Source of the DNA: an uncultured Acidobacteriota bacterium
GTDB taxonomy: Bacteria > Acidobacteriota > Vicinamibacteria > Fen-336
DNA length: 64,000 nucleotides
Direction of reading: 5' to 3'
Assembly: GCA_963720545.1 (NCBI GenBank)
Contig: OY970399.1
Location: 1,440,001-1,504,000, forward strand
Of the stretch, positions 26,105 to 34,634 are shown piece after piece; position 1 is the first letter of the stretch, and every line of letters begins with the position of its first letter. Below the pieces are notes generated by a model that had not been told where the DNA came from, made no database searches, and saw only the letters and a program-made list of their open reading frames with translations. The translations under genes were made by a program, and so were the position numbers.

Positions 26105-28018
26105 CTAGCGGGGGTTGAGGTAACGATTGAAAAAGTCGACCAGTGTGACGGTGGAGCGAATGCGGTTCGCGGTCTTGCGCCAGCCGTGGCCTTCGTCCGG
26201 AAACAGAAGGTACTCGACGGGCACCTTGCGTTTCTTCAGGCTCGCAACCACCTGCTCGGCCTCGATCACCGGCACGTTGGTGTCGTTGGCGCCGTGCATG
26301 ACGAGCGTCGGTGCCTTGATCGCGGTTATCTGGTGGATCGGCGACAGCTCCGCGAGCAGCGTCGCCTGCGTCGCCGGGTCGCCGTACTCGACCTTGGAGA
26401 TGGCGGCCATCCACGGCTCGCTCTTCGCGAAGAAGGTCTCGAAGTTGACGATGCCGTAGAGGTCGGCGCCGGCCGCGAAGGTGTCCGGAAACTGGGTCAG
26501 GCCGACGAGCACCGCGTAGCCGCCGTAGGAGCCGCCCATGATGCCGAGGCGTTTGGCGTCGCCGATGCCCTCGCTCACCAGGTACTCGGCGCAGGTGCGG
26601 ATGTCGCGGTTCGCGTCCTTGCGCAGGGCGCCGTTGTCGAGGTTCACGAAGCCCTTGCCGAACCCTGAAGAGCCGCGGATGTTGGGTGCAAACACCGCGA
26701 TGCCCTGCGCCAGGAGCGCCTGGTAGTCGGCGCGGAACGATGGCCGCTCCTGCCCCTCCGGCCCGCCGTGGAAGCTGAGGACCACCGGACCCGGCTTGCG
26801 GAAATCCTTCGGTAGGTAGAGCCAGCCGCTCAGCGGCACGTCGTCGTGCGCCTTGAAGGCGCGGCGCTCCGGCGCGACCAGCGGCGCCAGGTCGACGCCG
26901 GCATGCGGACTCTCCGTCAGGCGGCGAAAGGCGAGGGTGCGGCGCTCGAGGATGTAGATGTCCGACGGCTGGCGCGCGCCCTGCACGGCGAGCGCCACGA
27001 AGCGGTCGTCGGGCGAGAACGCCATGGCGCTCACGATCTCGCCGGGCAGCGAGCGGATGGGGGTGCGCGCGCCGGTCGCGAGGTCGAAGTCTTCGAGTTC
27101 GCTGCGGCCGGCGACGTTCCAGTTGAGGAGCGCCGACTCGCCGCGATGGCCCAGCTCGAAGTCGGCAAGCTCGGCGTCGGCGCGCTCGGCGACGACGGTC
27201 GTCTCGAGGACGCGGCCGGTGTAGTCGACCGCGATCTTGCCGAAAGCGAGGCGGTCGCGGCCGCCGTTGGTGCCGACGTACACCGCGCGTTCGTCCATCG
27301 AGATCCTGCCGAAGAAGGTTCCGGGGCCCTCGTGCGGCGTCAGCAACTCCTCGTTGCCGCTGTCGCGGTTCAGCAGCACCAGGTCGTTGCTGCCGCGCGC
27401 CACCTGTCGGTTCTGCAGCACGTAGCGACCGTCCTTCGAAAGGTCGGCGATGGTGGTTCGGCCGGCGCCGGGTTTCGTCACCATGCGCACGCTGCCCGCC
27501 TCGAGGTCGAAAACCCAGCCGTCGCTGGCGGCGGCGGTGCGGGCGTTCGACACGTAGTAAACGCCCCTGCCGTCGGGGGTGAAGCCGCCGAAGAAGTTCG
27601 TCGCCTGGTTCACTTCGGTCAGGCGGCGTAGCGCGGTGCCGTCGGGCCGCACCGTGTAGATCTGCGCGTTGAAGCTGCCGCCGGGCGCTGCCTCGAACGC
27701 CAGCAGGTCGGCCTTGGGCGACCACTGCGCATTGCTGACCGCGTCGTCGAGGGTGGTGACCAACTGCGGATAGCCGCCGGCGGCGGGCACGACCCACACC
27801 TGGAACGAGCCGCCGAGGTTCGAGACATAGGCGAGCCGCGTGCCGTCGGGCGACCACGACGGGCCGAACGCGGAGCCGATGCGCGCCATCGCGGTGACGC
27901 GCGCGACGAGCGCAGGATCGGGAGAAGGTGTCGGTTCCGGTTCCTGCGCCGGCAGGGACGCCGGCGCAATCGCAACGAGCAGTGTGATGAGCAGGAGCCG
28001 AAGGCCGGGACGGGTCAT
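26105..28018 (-). CDS. S9 family (acylaminoacyl-peptidase-like) peptidase, secreted
   Basis: PD40-like WSPDG repeats; FHGGPE, GGSYGG, HGANDTNV and DEGHG. Confidence 0.92.
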   Translation of the reverse strand: MTRPGLRLLLITLLVAIAPASLPAQEPEPTPSPDPALVARVTAMARIGSAFGPSWSPDGTRLAYVSNLGGSFQVWVVPAAGGYPQLVTTLDDAVSNAQWSPKADLLAFEAAPGGSFNAQIYTVRPDGTALRRLTEVNQATNFFGGFTPDGRGVYYVSNARTAAASDGWVFDLEAGSVRMVTKPGAGRTTIADLSKDGRYVLQNRQVARGSNDLVLLNRDSGNEELLTPHEGPGTFFGRISMDERAVYVGTNGGRDRLAFGKIAVDYTGRVLETTVVAERADAELADFELGHRGESALLNWNVAGRSELEDFDLATGARTPIRSLPGEIVSAMAFSPDDRFVALAVQGARQPSDIYILERRTLAFRRLTESPHAGVDLAPLVAPERRAFKAHDDVPLSGWLYLPKDFRKPGPVVLSFHGGPEGQERPSFRADYQALLAQGIAVFAPNIRGSSGFGKGFVNLDNGALRKDANRDIRTCAEYLVSEGIGDAKRLGIMGGSYGGYAVLVGLTQFPDTFAAGADLYGIVNFETFFAKSEPWMAAISKVEYGDPATQATLLAELSPIHQITAIKAPTLVMHGANDTNVPVIEAEQVVASLKKRKVPVEYLLFPDEGHGWRKTANRIRSTVTLVDFFNRYLNPR

Positions 28019-28064
28019 GCCAGTGAGGCGAAGCTTAGACCGGGTCGGAGCGGCGGGCGTGAGC

Positions 28065-29324
28065 TCAGGATGAAACGACGAAGCGCAGGACGTCCACCGC
28101 CTCGACGGCTGTCGGTCCGAGGACGTGATCGGGACGCGGCGTCAACGTGAGCCCGTCGATGTCGGCGATGCCAGGCAGGAGCAGCAGCTCGACACGCCGG
28201 CCGTTGCGGAGCACGTCGCCGGGATCCACTGTGAGCGCGCGGCGCCCGCCGTCATAGGTCAGCTTGACCGCGTCGAACGGCCGGTCGCCGGGCATCACGG
28301 GCCCGGCGTAGCGCAGCATCACGCGGCCGGCAAAGGTTGCCTCGTCCATGTCCTTGCTGAACTGCACGACGAAGCGGGTGTCGGCGGCGACTTCATTTTC
28401 ACCATCGAGCGGCAGCGCGAACACCACCACTGGCGGCACCTTGGGACGCTCTGGCGGCGGTGGTGGCGGCGCGGCTTCGGCGGTCGCCGACGGCGCCGTG
28501 GTGAGGAACAGCTGCTGCGCCTCGACGTAGGTGACGCCGTTGATCGTCTTCGCGCGGCCGACGATCTCGAGCCACTTGTTGGTGTCGCGCTTCAGCCCGG
28601 CATCGAGGTCGAAGCCGCTGCCCTTCGGCTTCTTGCCGGTGACCCATACGGCGAACAGGTCGTCCTTCACCACCCAGTCCTCCGACTTGCGCTGGCTCTT
28701 CACCGGCAGGTCGCCGTAGAGGTTGTGGCCGCGGAACTTGCCGACGATGCGGATCACCTTGCCGTCGCTGGTGCCCGGGTTCTTCACCAGCCGCTCGAGC
28801 GTGACGCGCTGCGACTCCTGCATCTTCTTGATCTTGAGCGGCGAGACGTCGGAGATCGAGAACATCGTGATCGAGTACTGCGGCATCGACGGGTTGTCCT
28901 TGCGGTTCGGCAGCGGCGGCAGCTGCGGATCGGTGCACTGGCTCTCGAGCCCGCAGGCCCGGTTGTACTCCTGCTGGTACGGAATCTCGCGCACCACACC
29001 AGTGACTTCCACCGGCTTGCCCATGAACTGGTTGAGGTCGCTGCCCGAGGCCATGCTCGGCATCGGGATGACGAGCACGGGCTCGCACTCGCCCCGCAGG
29101 GTCCAGTAGCGGTTCATCTCGAAGATGTCGAGGTTGCCCGAGACGCGGTAGTTCTGCTTGTTGACGTTGGCGCCGCGCGTCACGTCGCAAAGGGAGACGT
29201 CCTTGGGCGCTCCGTAAAGGCCGGTGAGCGTGTCTGTGCCGCCGTAGATCTGGGCCCGCGCCGCAACCGCAAGCAGGGCCAGGGCTGCCAGGGCGGCTGC
29301 CGGAGTGAGGAGCCTGCGGACCAC
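28065..29324 (-). CDS. Secreted hypothetical protein with C-terminal Ig-like (Big_5-like) domain
   Basis: Signal peptide; poly-Pro linker, then PPVVVFALP..GE...VQFSKDMD. Confidence 0.7.
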   Translation of the reverse strand: MVRRLLTPAAALAALALLAVAARAQIYGGTDTLTGLYGAPKDVSLCDVTRGANVNKQNYRVSGNLDIFEMNRYWTLRGECEPVLVIPMPSMASGSDLNQFMGKPVEVTGVVREIPYQQEYNRACGLESQCTDPQLPPLPNRKDNPSMPQYSITMFSISDVSPLKIKKMQESQRVTLERLVKNPGTSDGKVIRIVGKFRGHNLYGDLPVKSQRKSEDWVVKDDLFAVWVTGKKPKGSGFDLDAGLKRDTNKWLEIVGRAKTINGVTYVEAQQLFLTTAPSATAEAAPPPPPPERPKVPPVVVFALPLDGENEVAADTRFVVQFSKDMDEATFAGRVMLRYAGPVMPGDRPFDAVKLTYDGGRRALTVDPGDVLRNGRRVELLLLPGIADIDGLTLTPRPDHVLGPTAVEAVDVLRFVVSS

Positions 29325-29422
29325 GTTTCGAGTATAGGCCCGCCCCGGTGGCGGTCAAGGCGGTGCTACGATGCGCTCGCTTCGGCTTTCCAGGCTTCAC
29401 GGCTTCACTCGAGGAGGCAAAG

Positions 29423-31549
29423 ATGGCGCAGGAATTCCGGCCGTACGTGCCCGACAGCGAGAACCCGCCGGAATTCACGGCCCGCGCAATCCTGATTGGC
29501 GTCGTCTTCGGCATCATCTTCGGCGCCGTCACCGTCTACATCGGACTGCGCGCCGGCCTCACCGTGGCGGCATCCATCCCGATCGCGGTGCTCTCGATCA
29601 GCATGCTGCGCGCCCTCGGCCGCGCCTCGATCCTCGAGAACAACCTCATCCAGACGACCGGCTCGGCGGGCGAATCGGTGGCGGGCGGCGTCATCTTCAC
29701 GGTGCCGGCGCTCATCTTCCTCGGCTTCGACCTGGAGCTGTCGCGCACCACCATCCTGGCGATGATCGGCGGCCTGCTCGGCGTGCTGTTCATGATTCCG
29801 CTGCGCAAGCAGCTGATCGTGAAGGAGCACGGCAACCTCCTCTATCCCGAGGGCACCGCTTGCGCCGACGTGCTGATCGCTGGCGAGAAGGGCGGCTCGT
29901 TCGCCAGTCGCGTGTTCGCCGGCCTCGGCATCGGCAGCCTCTACACCGCCGTCCAGAATCCGTTCGTGCTGAAGCTCATCAACCCGGAGCCTGCCTACAA
30001 CCCGGGCTGGCTGCCAGGCGCATCGCTCCGCGCCGCGACCACCTCGGAATACCTCGGCGTCGGCTACATCATCGGGCCGCGCATCGCCGGCGTGATCTTC
30101 GCCGGCGGCGTCTTCTCCTGGCTCGTCATGATGCCCGCCATCCGTTTCTTCGGCAGTCTGGTGCCGACGCCGATCTATCCGAGCACCATCCCCATCGGCG
30201 CCATGACCTCGGACGAGCTGTGGCGCTTCTACATCCGTTACATCGGTGCCGGCGCGGTGGCGGCCTCGGGGCTCATCACGCTCGGCAAGACGCTGCCGAC
30301 GATCGTCGCCGCCCTCAAGGCCGGCGCTGCCGACCTGCGCAAGCGCGGCACGGAGTCGGCAGCCGCGGGCGGGCGCACCGACCGCGACCTGAAGACCACG
30401 GTGGTCCTCATCGGTTCGGCCGTGATCACCGCGATGATGTGGGCGTTCCTCACCTTCAAGCCGGTGCCGGGCGCACCCACGGGCCTGTTCGCCAACCTGC
30501 TCGCGGCGGTGCTGGTCGTCATCTTCGGCTTCCTGTTCGTGACCGTGTCGTCGCGCCTCGCCGGCCTCATCGGCACCTCCTCGAACCCGATCTCCGGCAT
30601 GGCGATCGCCACCCTGATGGCCACCTGCGGGGTTTTCTACCTTGTGGGCTGGACCAGCGCCGCGTACGGCGCGCTGGCGCTGATGATCGGCGGCGTCGTC
30701 TGCATCGCCGCGGCCAACGCCGGCAACACCTCGCAGGACCTGAAGACCGGCTTCCTGGTCGGCGCCACGCCGGCGGCACAGCAGAAGGGCCTGTTCGCGG
30801 GCGTCATCGTCTCGGCGCTCGTCATCGCCTTCACGCTGCAGGCGATGAACAAGGCTCTCGAGCAATACGTGCCCGCCGACTTCGCGATCGAAATTGCGGC
30901 GCTGCCCGACGGCGTCAAGGTGAAGGACAACAACTTCCAGCACGACGGCCGCACCTACACGCTGCTGAACGTGCTCGGCTCCAAGACCATTCCCGAGGGC
31001 CTCTACCTGTTGAACCCGCAGACCGGGCGCGTCGAGACGCAGTGGATCCAGGGCATCGGCAGCGCCGCCGCCCCGGCGCCGCAGGCGCGCCTCATGTCGG
31101 TGGTGATCAACGGCATCCTCAACCAGAAGCTGCCGTGGGGCCTCGTGTTCCTCGGCGTGTTCGTGGTGATCTGCGTCGAGCTCCTCGGCATCCGCTCGCT
31201 GAGCTTTGCGGTGGGCTCCTACCTCGCGATCGGCACCACCGCGGCGATCTTCTGCGGCGGTGTGGTGCGCTGGCTGGCGGAGCGCGGCACCGAGAAGCAC
31301 GCGGGTGAGGAAGAGACGAGTTCCGGATCGCTGTTCGCGAGCGGCCTGATCGCGGCGGGCGGCATCGTCGGCCTGCTGGGCATCGGCCTGCAGCTGCTCG
31401 AGACATCCAGCTACATCCCGAAGGGCATGACGAACCTCGGCAAGTACGTCCCGGGCGTCCACGACAGCCAGCTCATCGGCATCCTTTGCTTCGCCGCGCT
31501 CGCCGGCGCGCTCTACCACTTCGCCCGCAAGCCGCTCGCCAGCAAGTAG
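29423..31549 (+). CDS. OPT family oligopeptide transporter
   Basis: EFTARA, GLTVAASIP, ENNLIQT, YPEGTACA, SNPISG, QDLKTG and APQA; GAGGAGG SD. Confidence 0.93.
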   Translation: MAQEFRPYVPDSENPPEFTARAILIGVVFGIIFGAVTVYIGLRAGLTVAASIPIAVLSISMLRALGRASILENNLIQTTGSAGESVAGGVIFTVPALIFLGFDLELSRTTILAMIGGLLGVLFMIPLRKQLIVKEHGNLLYPEGTACADVLIAGEKGGSFASRVFAGLGIGSLYTAVQNPFVLKLINPEPAYNPGWLPGASLRAATTSEYLGVGYIIGPRIAGVIFAGGVFSWLVMMPAIRFFGSLVPTPIYPSTIPIGAMTSDELWRFYIRYIGAGAVAASGLITLGKTLPTIVAALKAGAADLRKRGTESAAAGGRTDRDLKTTVVLIGSAVITAMMWAFLTFKPVPGAPTGLFANLLAAVLVVIFGFLFVTVSSRLAGLIGTSSNPISGMAIATLMATCGVFYLVGWTSAAYGALALMIGGVVCIAAANAGNTSQDLKTGFLVGATPAAQQKGLFAGVIVSALVIAFTLQAMNKALEQYVPADFAIEIAALPDGVKVKDNNFQHDGRTYTLLNVLGSKTIPEGLYLLNPQTGRVETQWIQGIGSAAAPAPQARLMSVVINGILNQKLPWGLVFLGVFVVICVELLGIRSLSFAVGSYLAIGTTAAIFCGGVVRWLAERGTEKHAGEEETSSGSLFASGLIAAGGIVGLLGIGLQLLETSSYIPKGMTNLGKYVPGVHDSQLIGILCFAALAGALYHFARKPLASK

Positions 31550-31559
31550 CTGCCCGCGC

Positions 31560-31595
31560 AAAAAAACCCCGGAGGCGGTTGCCCGTCCCCGGGGT
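31560..31595 (-). terminator. Intrinsic terminator oriented for a minus-strand transcript
   Basis: Minus strand ACCCCGGGGACGG-GCAA-CCGCCTCCGGGGT followed by a T run; no U tract in the plus orientation. Confidence 0.85.
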
Positions 31596-31655
31596 CGGCG
31601 AGCTGATTGGGATTCGCTCGGGTCGCTTGCTTGAGGCTTCTACGAAAGAGCGGCT

Positions 31656-31706
31656 CTAAGCGTCAGCCACCTCGCGCTTTTCGTCCTGTGTGCGGCAACT
31701 ACCCAC
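31656..31706 (-). CDS. Putative 16-aa small ORF MGSCRTQDEKREVADA, or the coding part of a small RNA
   Basis: GTG preceded by AGAAAGGAGGTGGTCCA; own promoter and terminator. Confidence 0.6.
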   Translation of the reverse strand: MGSCRTQDEKREVADA

Positions 31707-31734
31707 TGGACCACCTCCTTTCTCGCGTAGGCGA

Positions 31735-31764
31735 AGTGTAAGGAGCCCTCTTCCCCGTCGGCAA
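31735..31764 (-). promoter_or_regulatory. Sigma-70-type promoter of the small transcript
   Basis: Minus strand TTGCCG-N18-TACACT. Confidence 0.6.
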
Positions 31765-31859
31765 GGGAAAAGTACAGCCGCTGGTGGCTTTAGCGCGCGC
31801 GACGGCAACTAATTGCGCCACTCTCACTCAAGGGAAGCCGCTTCGTGTGGCTGCGATCC

Positions 31860-31889
31860 TTGACACTCGCGCGACCGGCGTGCTACTTT
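31860..31889 (+). promoter_or_regulatory. Sigma-70-type promoter of the MBL-udk-hydrolase genes
   Basis: TTGACA-N18 (ending TGC)-TACTTT. Confidence 0.6.
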
Positions 31890-31936
31890 TCGCGCCTCTA
31901 CAAGTCTATTTGTATGAGGTACTTGGAGCCCATTTC

Positions 31937-32701
31937 CTGAAGCTGAAAGTTCTCGGTTGCTACGGCGGAACCGTACCTGGGAAAGGCATGACCTCGTTCC
32001 TCGTCAACGGCTCCGTGGCTCTCGACGCGGGCTTCGTTTCCGGCGCTCTCACCCTCCGCGAGCAGGGCAAGGTCAAGAACATCGCGATTTCGCACGCGCA
32101 TCTCGACCACACGTGCTCGCTGCCGTTCCTCATCGACAACAACTTCGCGAGCCCGGGCTTCTCGCTGCGCATCCACGCGATCCCCGAAGTCATTGCCTCG
32201 ATGCGCGCGCACCTCTTCAACAACGAGACCTGGCCCGACTTCACCAACCTGCCGAACGATTTCTCGCCGGTGCTGAAGTTCGTGCCCATCAAGGACGAAG
32301 AGCCGGTCGCGATCGACGGCGTGCAGCTGCGCGCCATTCGCGTCTCGCACAGCGTCCCCACCACCGGCTTCATCGTCGAGGACAAGAAAGCGGCGCTCGC
32401 CTATTCGAGCGACACCGGCCCGACCAACCGCTTCTGGGAGGTGGTGAACGCGGTGCCACGGCTGAAAGCCGTCATCACCGAGACTTCCTTCCCCAACGAG
32501 CAGCAGGCGCTCGCCGACGTCGCCGGCCACCTGACGCCGCAGATGCTCGGCCGCGAGCTCGAGAAACTCGAGCGCGACGTGCCCGTATACCTCTACGGCG
32601 CCAAGCCGCGCTTCGTCGACACCATCAAGCGCGAGGTCGGCAAGCTGCGCACCCGCAAGCGGGTGCGCTTCCTGGTTCAGGGCCGCACCTATAACCTCTA
32701 G
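31937..32701 (+). CDS. MBL-fold 3',5'-cyclic-nucleotide phosphodiesterase (class II-like); probable CTG start
   Basis: KLKVLGCYGG, ALDAG, SHAHLDH, HLFNNETWPDF, HSVP, SSDTGPT, ETSFPN and GHLTP. Confidence 0.82.
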   Translation: MKLKVLGCYGGTVPGKGMTSFLVNGSVALDAGFVSGALTLREQGKVKNIAISHAHLDHTCSLPFLIDNNFASPGFSLRIHAIPEVIASMRAHLFNNETWPDFTNLPNDFSPVLKFVPIKDEEPVAIDGVQLRAIRVSHSVPTTGFIVEDKKAALAYSSDTGPTNRFWEVVNAVPRLKAVITETSFPNEQQALADVAGHLTPQMLGRELEKLERDVPVYLYGAKPRFVDTIKREVGKLRTRKRVRFLVQGRTYNL

Positions 32702-32703
32702 TC

Positions 32704-33336
32704 GTGCCCATCATCATCGCCGTGGCCGGTGGCACCGCGTCGGGCAAGACCTCGTTCGCCAACAAGGTGGCCGGGGCGCTGGGAGACGCGCGCTGCCTGC
32801 TGGTCTCGCAGGATGCCTACTACAAGGACGGCAGCATGCTGGGCGCGGCCGAACGCGCCGCGGTCAACTACGACCATCCCGACGCCTTCGACACGCCGCT
32901 GCTGGTGCAGGACCTGCTCGACCTGAAGTCGGGCCGGCCGGTGCCGCACCTGACCTACGACCACGCGACCTACACCCGCGAGGTGCTGCCCGACCCGCTG
33001 CTGCCGCGGCCGGTGATCCTCGTCGAGGGAATACTGGTGCTGGTGGAGGAGCCGCTGCGGCGCCTGTGCGACATGCGCATCTTCATCGACACCGATGCCG
33101 ACGTGCGCATCCTGCGGCGGCTGCGCCGCGACCTCATCGAGCGCGGGCGTTCGTTCGAGTCGGTCGAGCGCCAGTACCTCGCCTCGGTGCGGCCGATGCA
33201 CCTCGAGTTCGTCGAGCCGTCGAAGCGCTATGCGCACCTCATCATCCCGGAGGGCGCCGAGAACCTGGTGGCGGTCGAGGCGGTCGTCGCCCGCGTGCGC
33301 GCGATGCTCGAACGCACCCCGGACCGCACGCCCTGA
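32704..33336 (+). CDS. udk: Uridine kinase
   Basis: AGGTASGKT, QDAYY, NYDHPDAFD, VEGIL, RRLRRD..ERGR and VRPMH..FVEPSK. Confidence 0.95.
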   Translation: MPIIIAVAGGTASGKTSFANKVAGALGDARCLLVSQDAYYKDGSMLGAAERAAVNYDHPDAFDTPLLVQDLLDLKSGRPVPHLTYDHATYTREVLPDPLLPRPVILVEGILVLVEEPLRRLCDMRIFIDTDADVRILRRLRRDLIERGRSFESVERQYLASVRPMHLEFVEPSKRYAHLIIPEGAENLVAVEAVVARVRAMLERTPDRTP

Positions 33337-34319
33337 CGAACGCGTTCCGCCCGTGGCCCTTCGCATCGGGCTCGCACCGCCAGACGCTGCTCGGCTTCCT
33401 GCGGCGGCGCTTCCTCTCCTGGGGCCTGCCGAGCGAAGCGCTCACGACGCGCATCGACGCCGAGAACGGCGTTTGGCTCACGTCGCGGCTGACGCGCGCT
33501 CCCGGCGCCGATGGCGCGCGCCGCGTGCTGGTGCTGCTGCACGGCATGGGCGGCAGCGACGCCTCCACCTACGTCATCGCCACCGGCCGCCATGCCGTCG
33601 CGCGCGGCTGGAGCGTGCTGCGCGCCAACATGCGCGGCTGCGGCGACGATGCGACGTTCTGCCCGCGCCTGTCGCACGCCGGCCTCGCTTCGGACCTGCT
33701 GGCGGTGGTGCGCGAGGCCGCGCAGCGCTTCGAGCACGTCGCGGTCTGCGGCTTCTCGCTCGGCGCGCACCTGACGGCGCTGATGCTCGCGCGCCATGCC
33801 GGCGAGCTGCCGCAAGGGCTCGTCGCCGGCGCGGCGGTGTCGCCGCCGCTCGACCTCGCCGGCTGCGCCGACGCGGTCGGCCTGCGGCAGAACCGCGTCT
33901 ACCAGCGTTTCTTCATGGCGGGCCTGCGCGAGGGATACGCGCGCATCCAGCAGCGCGCCAACGGGCTCTACGAAGCCGGGCGCACCGCCGGCCTGCGCAG
34001 CGTGCGCGAATTCGACGACCGCATCACCGCGCCTTACGGCGGCTTCGGCACCGCCGACAAGTACTACGCGACGAACACCGCCGGGCCGCTGCTGGCGCAG
34101 GTGCGCGTGCCGCTGCTGATCCTCGCCGCGAGCGACGACCCGGTGATTCCGGCGGCGGGCGTCGACCGCTGGGAGCTGCCGGCGGCGGGCAACGTGGTGC
34201 GCGAGATGACGCCGACCGGCGGCCATGTCGGCTTCGTCGGCCGCACCAGGGCGCCGGGCAGCTTCTGGGCGGCGGAGCGCGTCGTCGATTTCATCGACGC
34301 CGCGGAGGCAGCCCGCTAG
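33333..34319 (+). CDS. YheT-like alpha/beta hydrolase; probable CTG start
   Basis: HRQT, LHGMGGS, NMRGCG, GFSLG, SPPLDL, REFDD, DDP and GGHVGF. Confidence 0.87.
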   Translation: MTNAFRPWPFASGSHRQTLLGFLRRRFLSWGLPSEALTTRIDAENGVWLTSRLTRAPGADGARRVLVLLHGMGGSDASTYVIATGRHAVARGWSVLRANMRGCGDDATFCPRLSHAGLASDLLAVVREAAQRFEHVAVCGFSLGAHLTALMLARHAGELPQGLVAGAAVSPPLDLAGCADAVGLRQNRVYQRFFMAGLREGYARIQQRANGLYEAGRTAGLRSVREFDDRITAPYGGFGTADKYYATNTAGPLLAQVRVPLLILAASDDPVIPAAGVDRWELPAAGNVVREMTPTGGHVGFVGRTRAPGSFWAAERVVDFIDAAEAAR

Positions 34320-34321
34320 CT

Positions 34322-34389
34322 CGTTTTCCCGAGGACGGCAACGCTGGCGCTGGTCAGCCGTTTTCCCGAGGACGGCAACGCTTGCGCTG
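34322..34389. repeat. Tandem direct repeat, 2 x 31 bp (period 37)
   Basis: CGTTTTCCCGAGGACGGCAACGCT(G/T)GCGCTG at 34322 and 34359. Confidence 0.9.
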
Positions 34390-34404
34390 CTACCGAGGGA
34401 TCTC

Positions 34405-34446
34405 ACTGTGTCCGGACACAGTAGCAACTGCGTCCGGACGCAGTTG
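34405..34446. repeat. Two adjacent perfect palindromes (REP-like)
   Basis: ACTGTGTCCGGACACAGT (34405-34422) and CAACTGCGTCCGGACGCAGTTG (34425-34446). Confidence 0.9.
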
Positions 34447-34634
34447 ACTGAAGGACGGCGAGTGGTTCGGAGCGCGGGCGTTGAGGCCCGCGAACTCTGA
34501 TGAAGGGCGCTCTAGCGTCGCGGGCCGAACGAGTGAGGCCGAAGATTTTCCACTGAGCCCGAACGGCCCGCGCGGAGGACCACTCGCCGGCCGCAGTAAC
34601 AGCAGATCGGGAACGACCTGTGAACAGACGATGA

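Noticed and set aside
23583..27857. Single 1424-aa protein; likewise the long N-terminal extensions of ORFs 10147, 42152, 45572, 52696 and 57458
   Set aside because: The extensions are off-frame read-through across neighbouring genes; true starts were reassigned from motifs.
31706..31723. 16S rRNA gene or fragment (CTGGACCACCTCCTTTCT on the plus strand)
   Set aside because: Only 18 nt match; the flanks show no rRNA sequence; promoter and terminator orientation point to the complementary strand being transcribed.
31560..31730. tmRNA, because the short ORF ends in ...ADA*
   Set aside because: No tRNA-like GGGG 5' end or TCCACCA 3' end, too short, and the ORF has its own SD and start codon.
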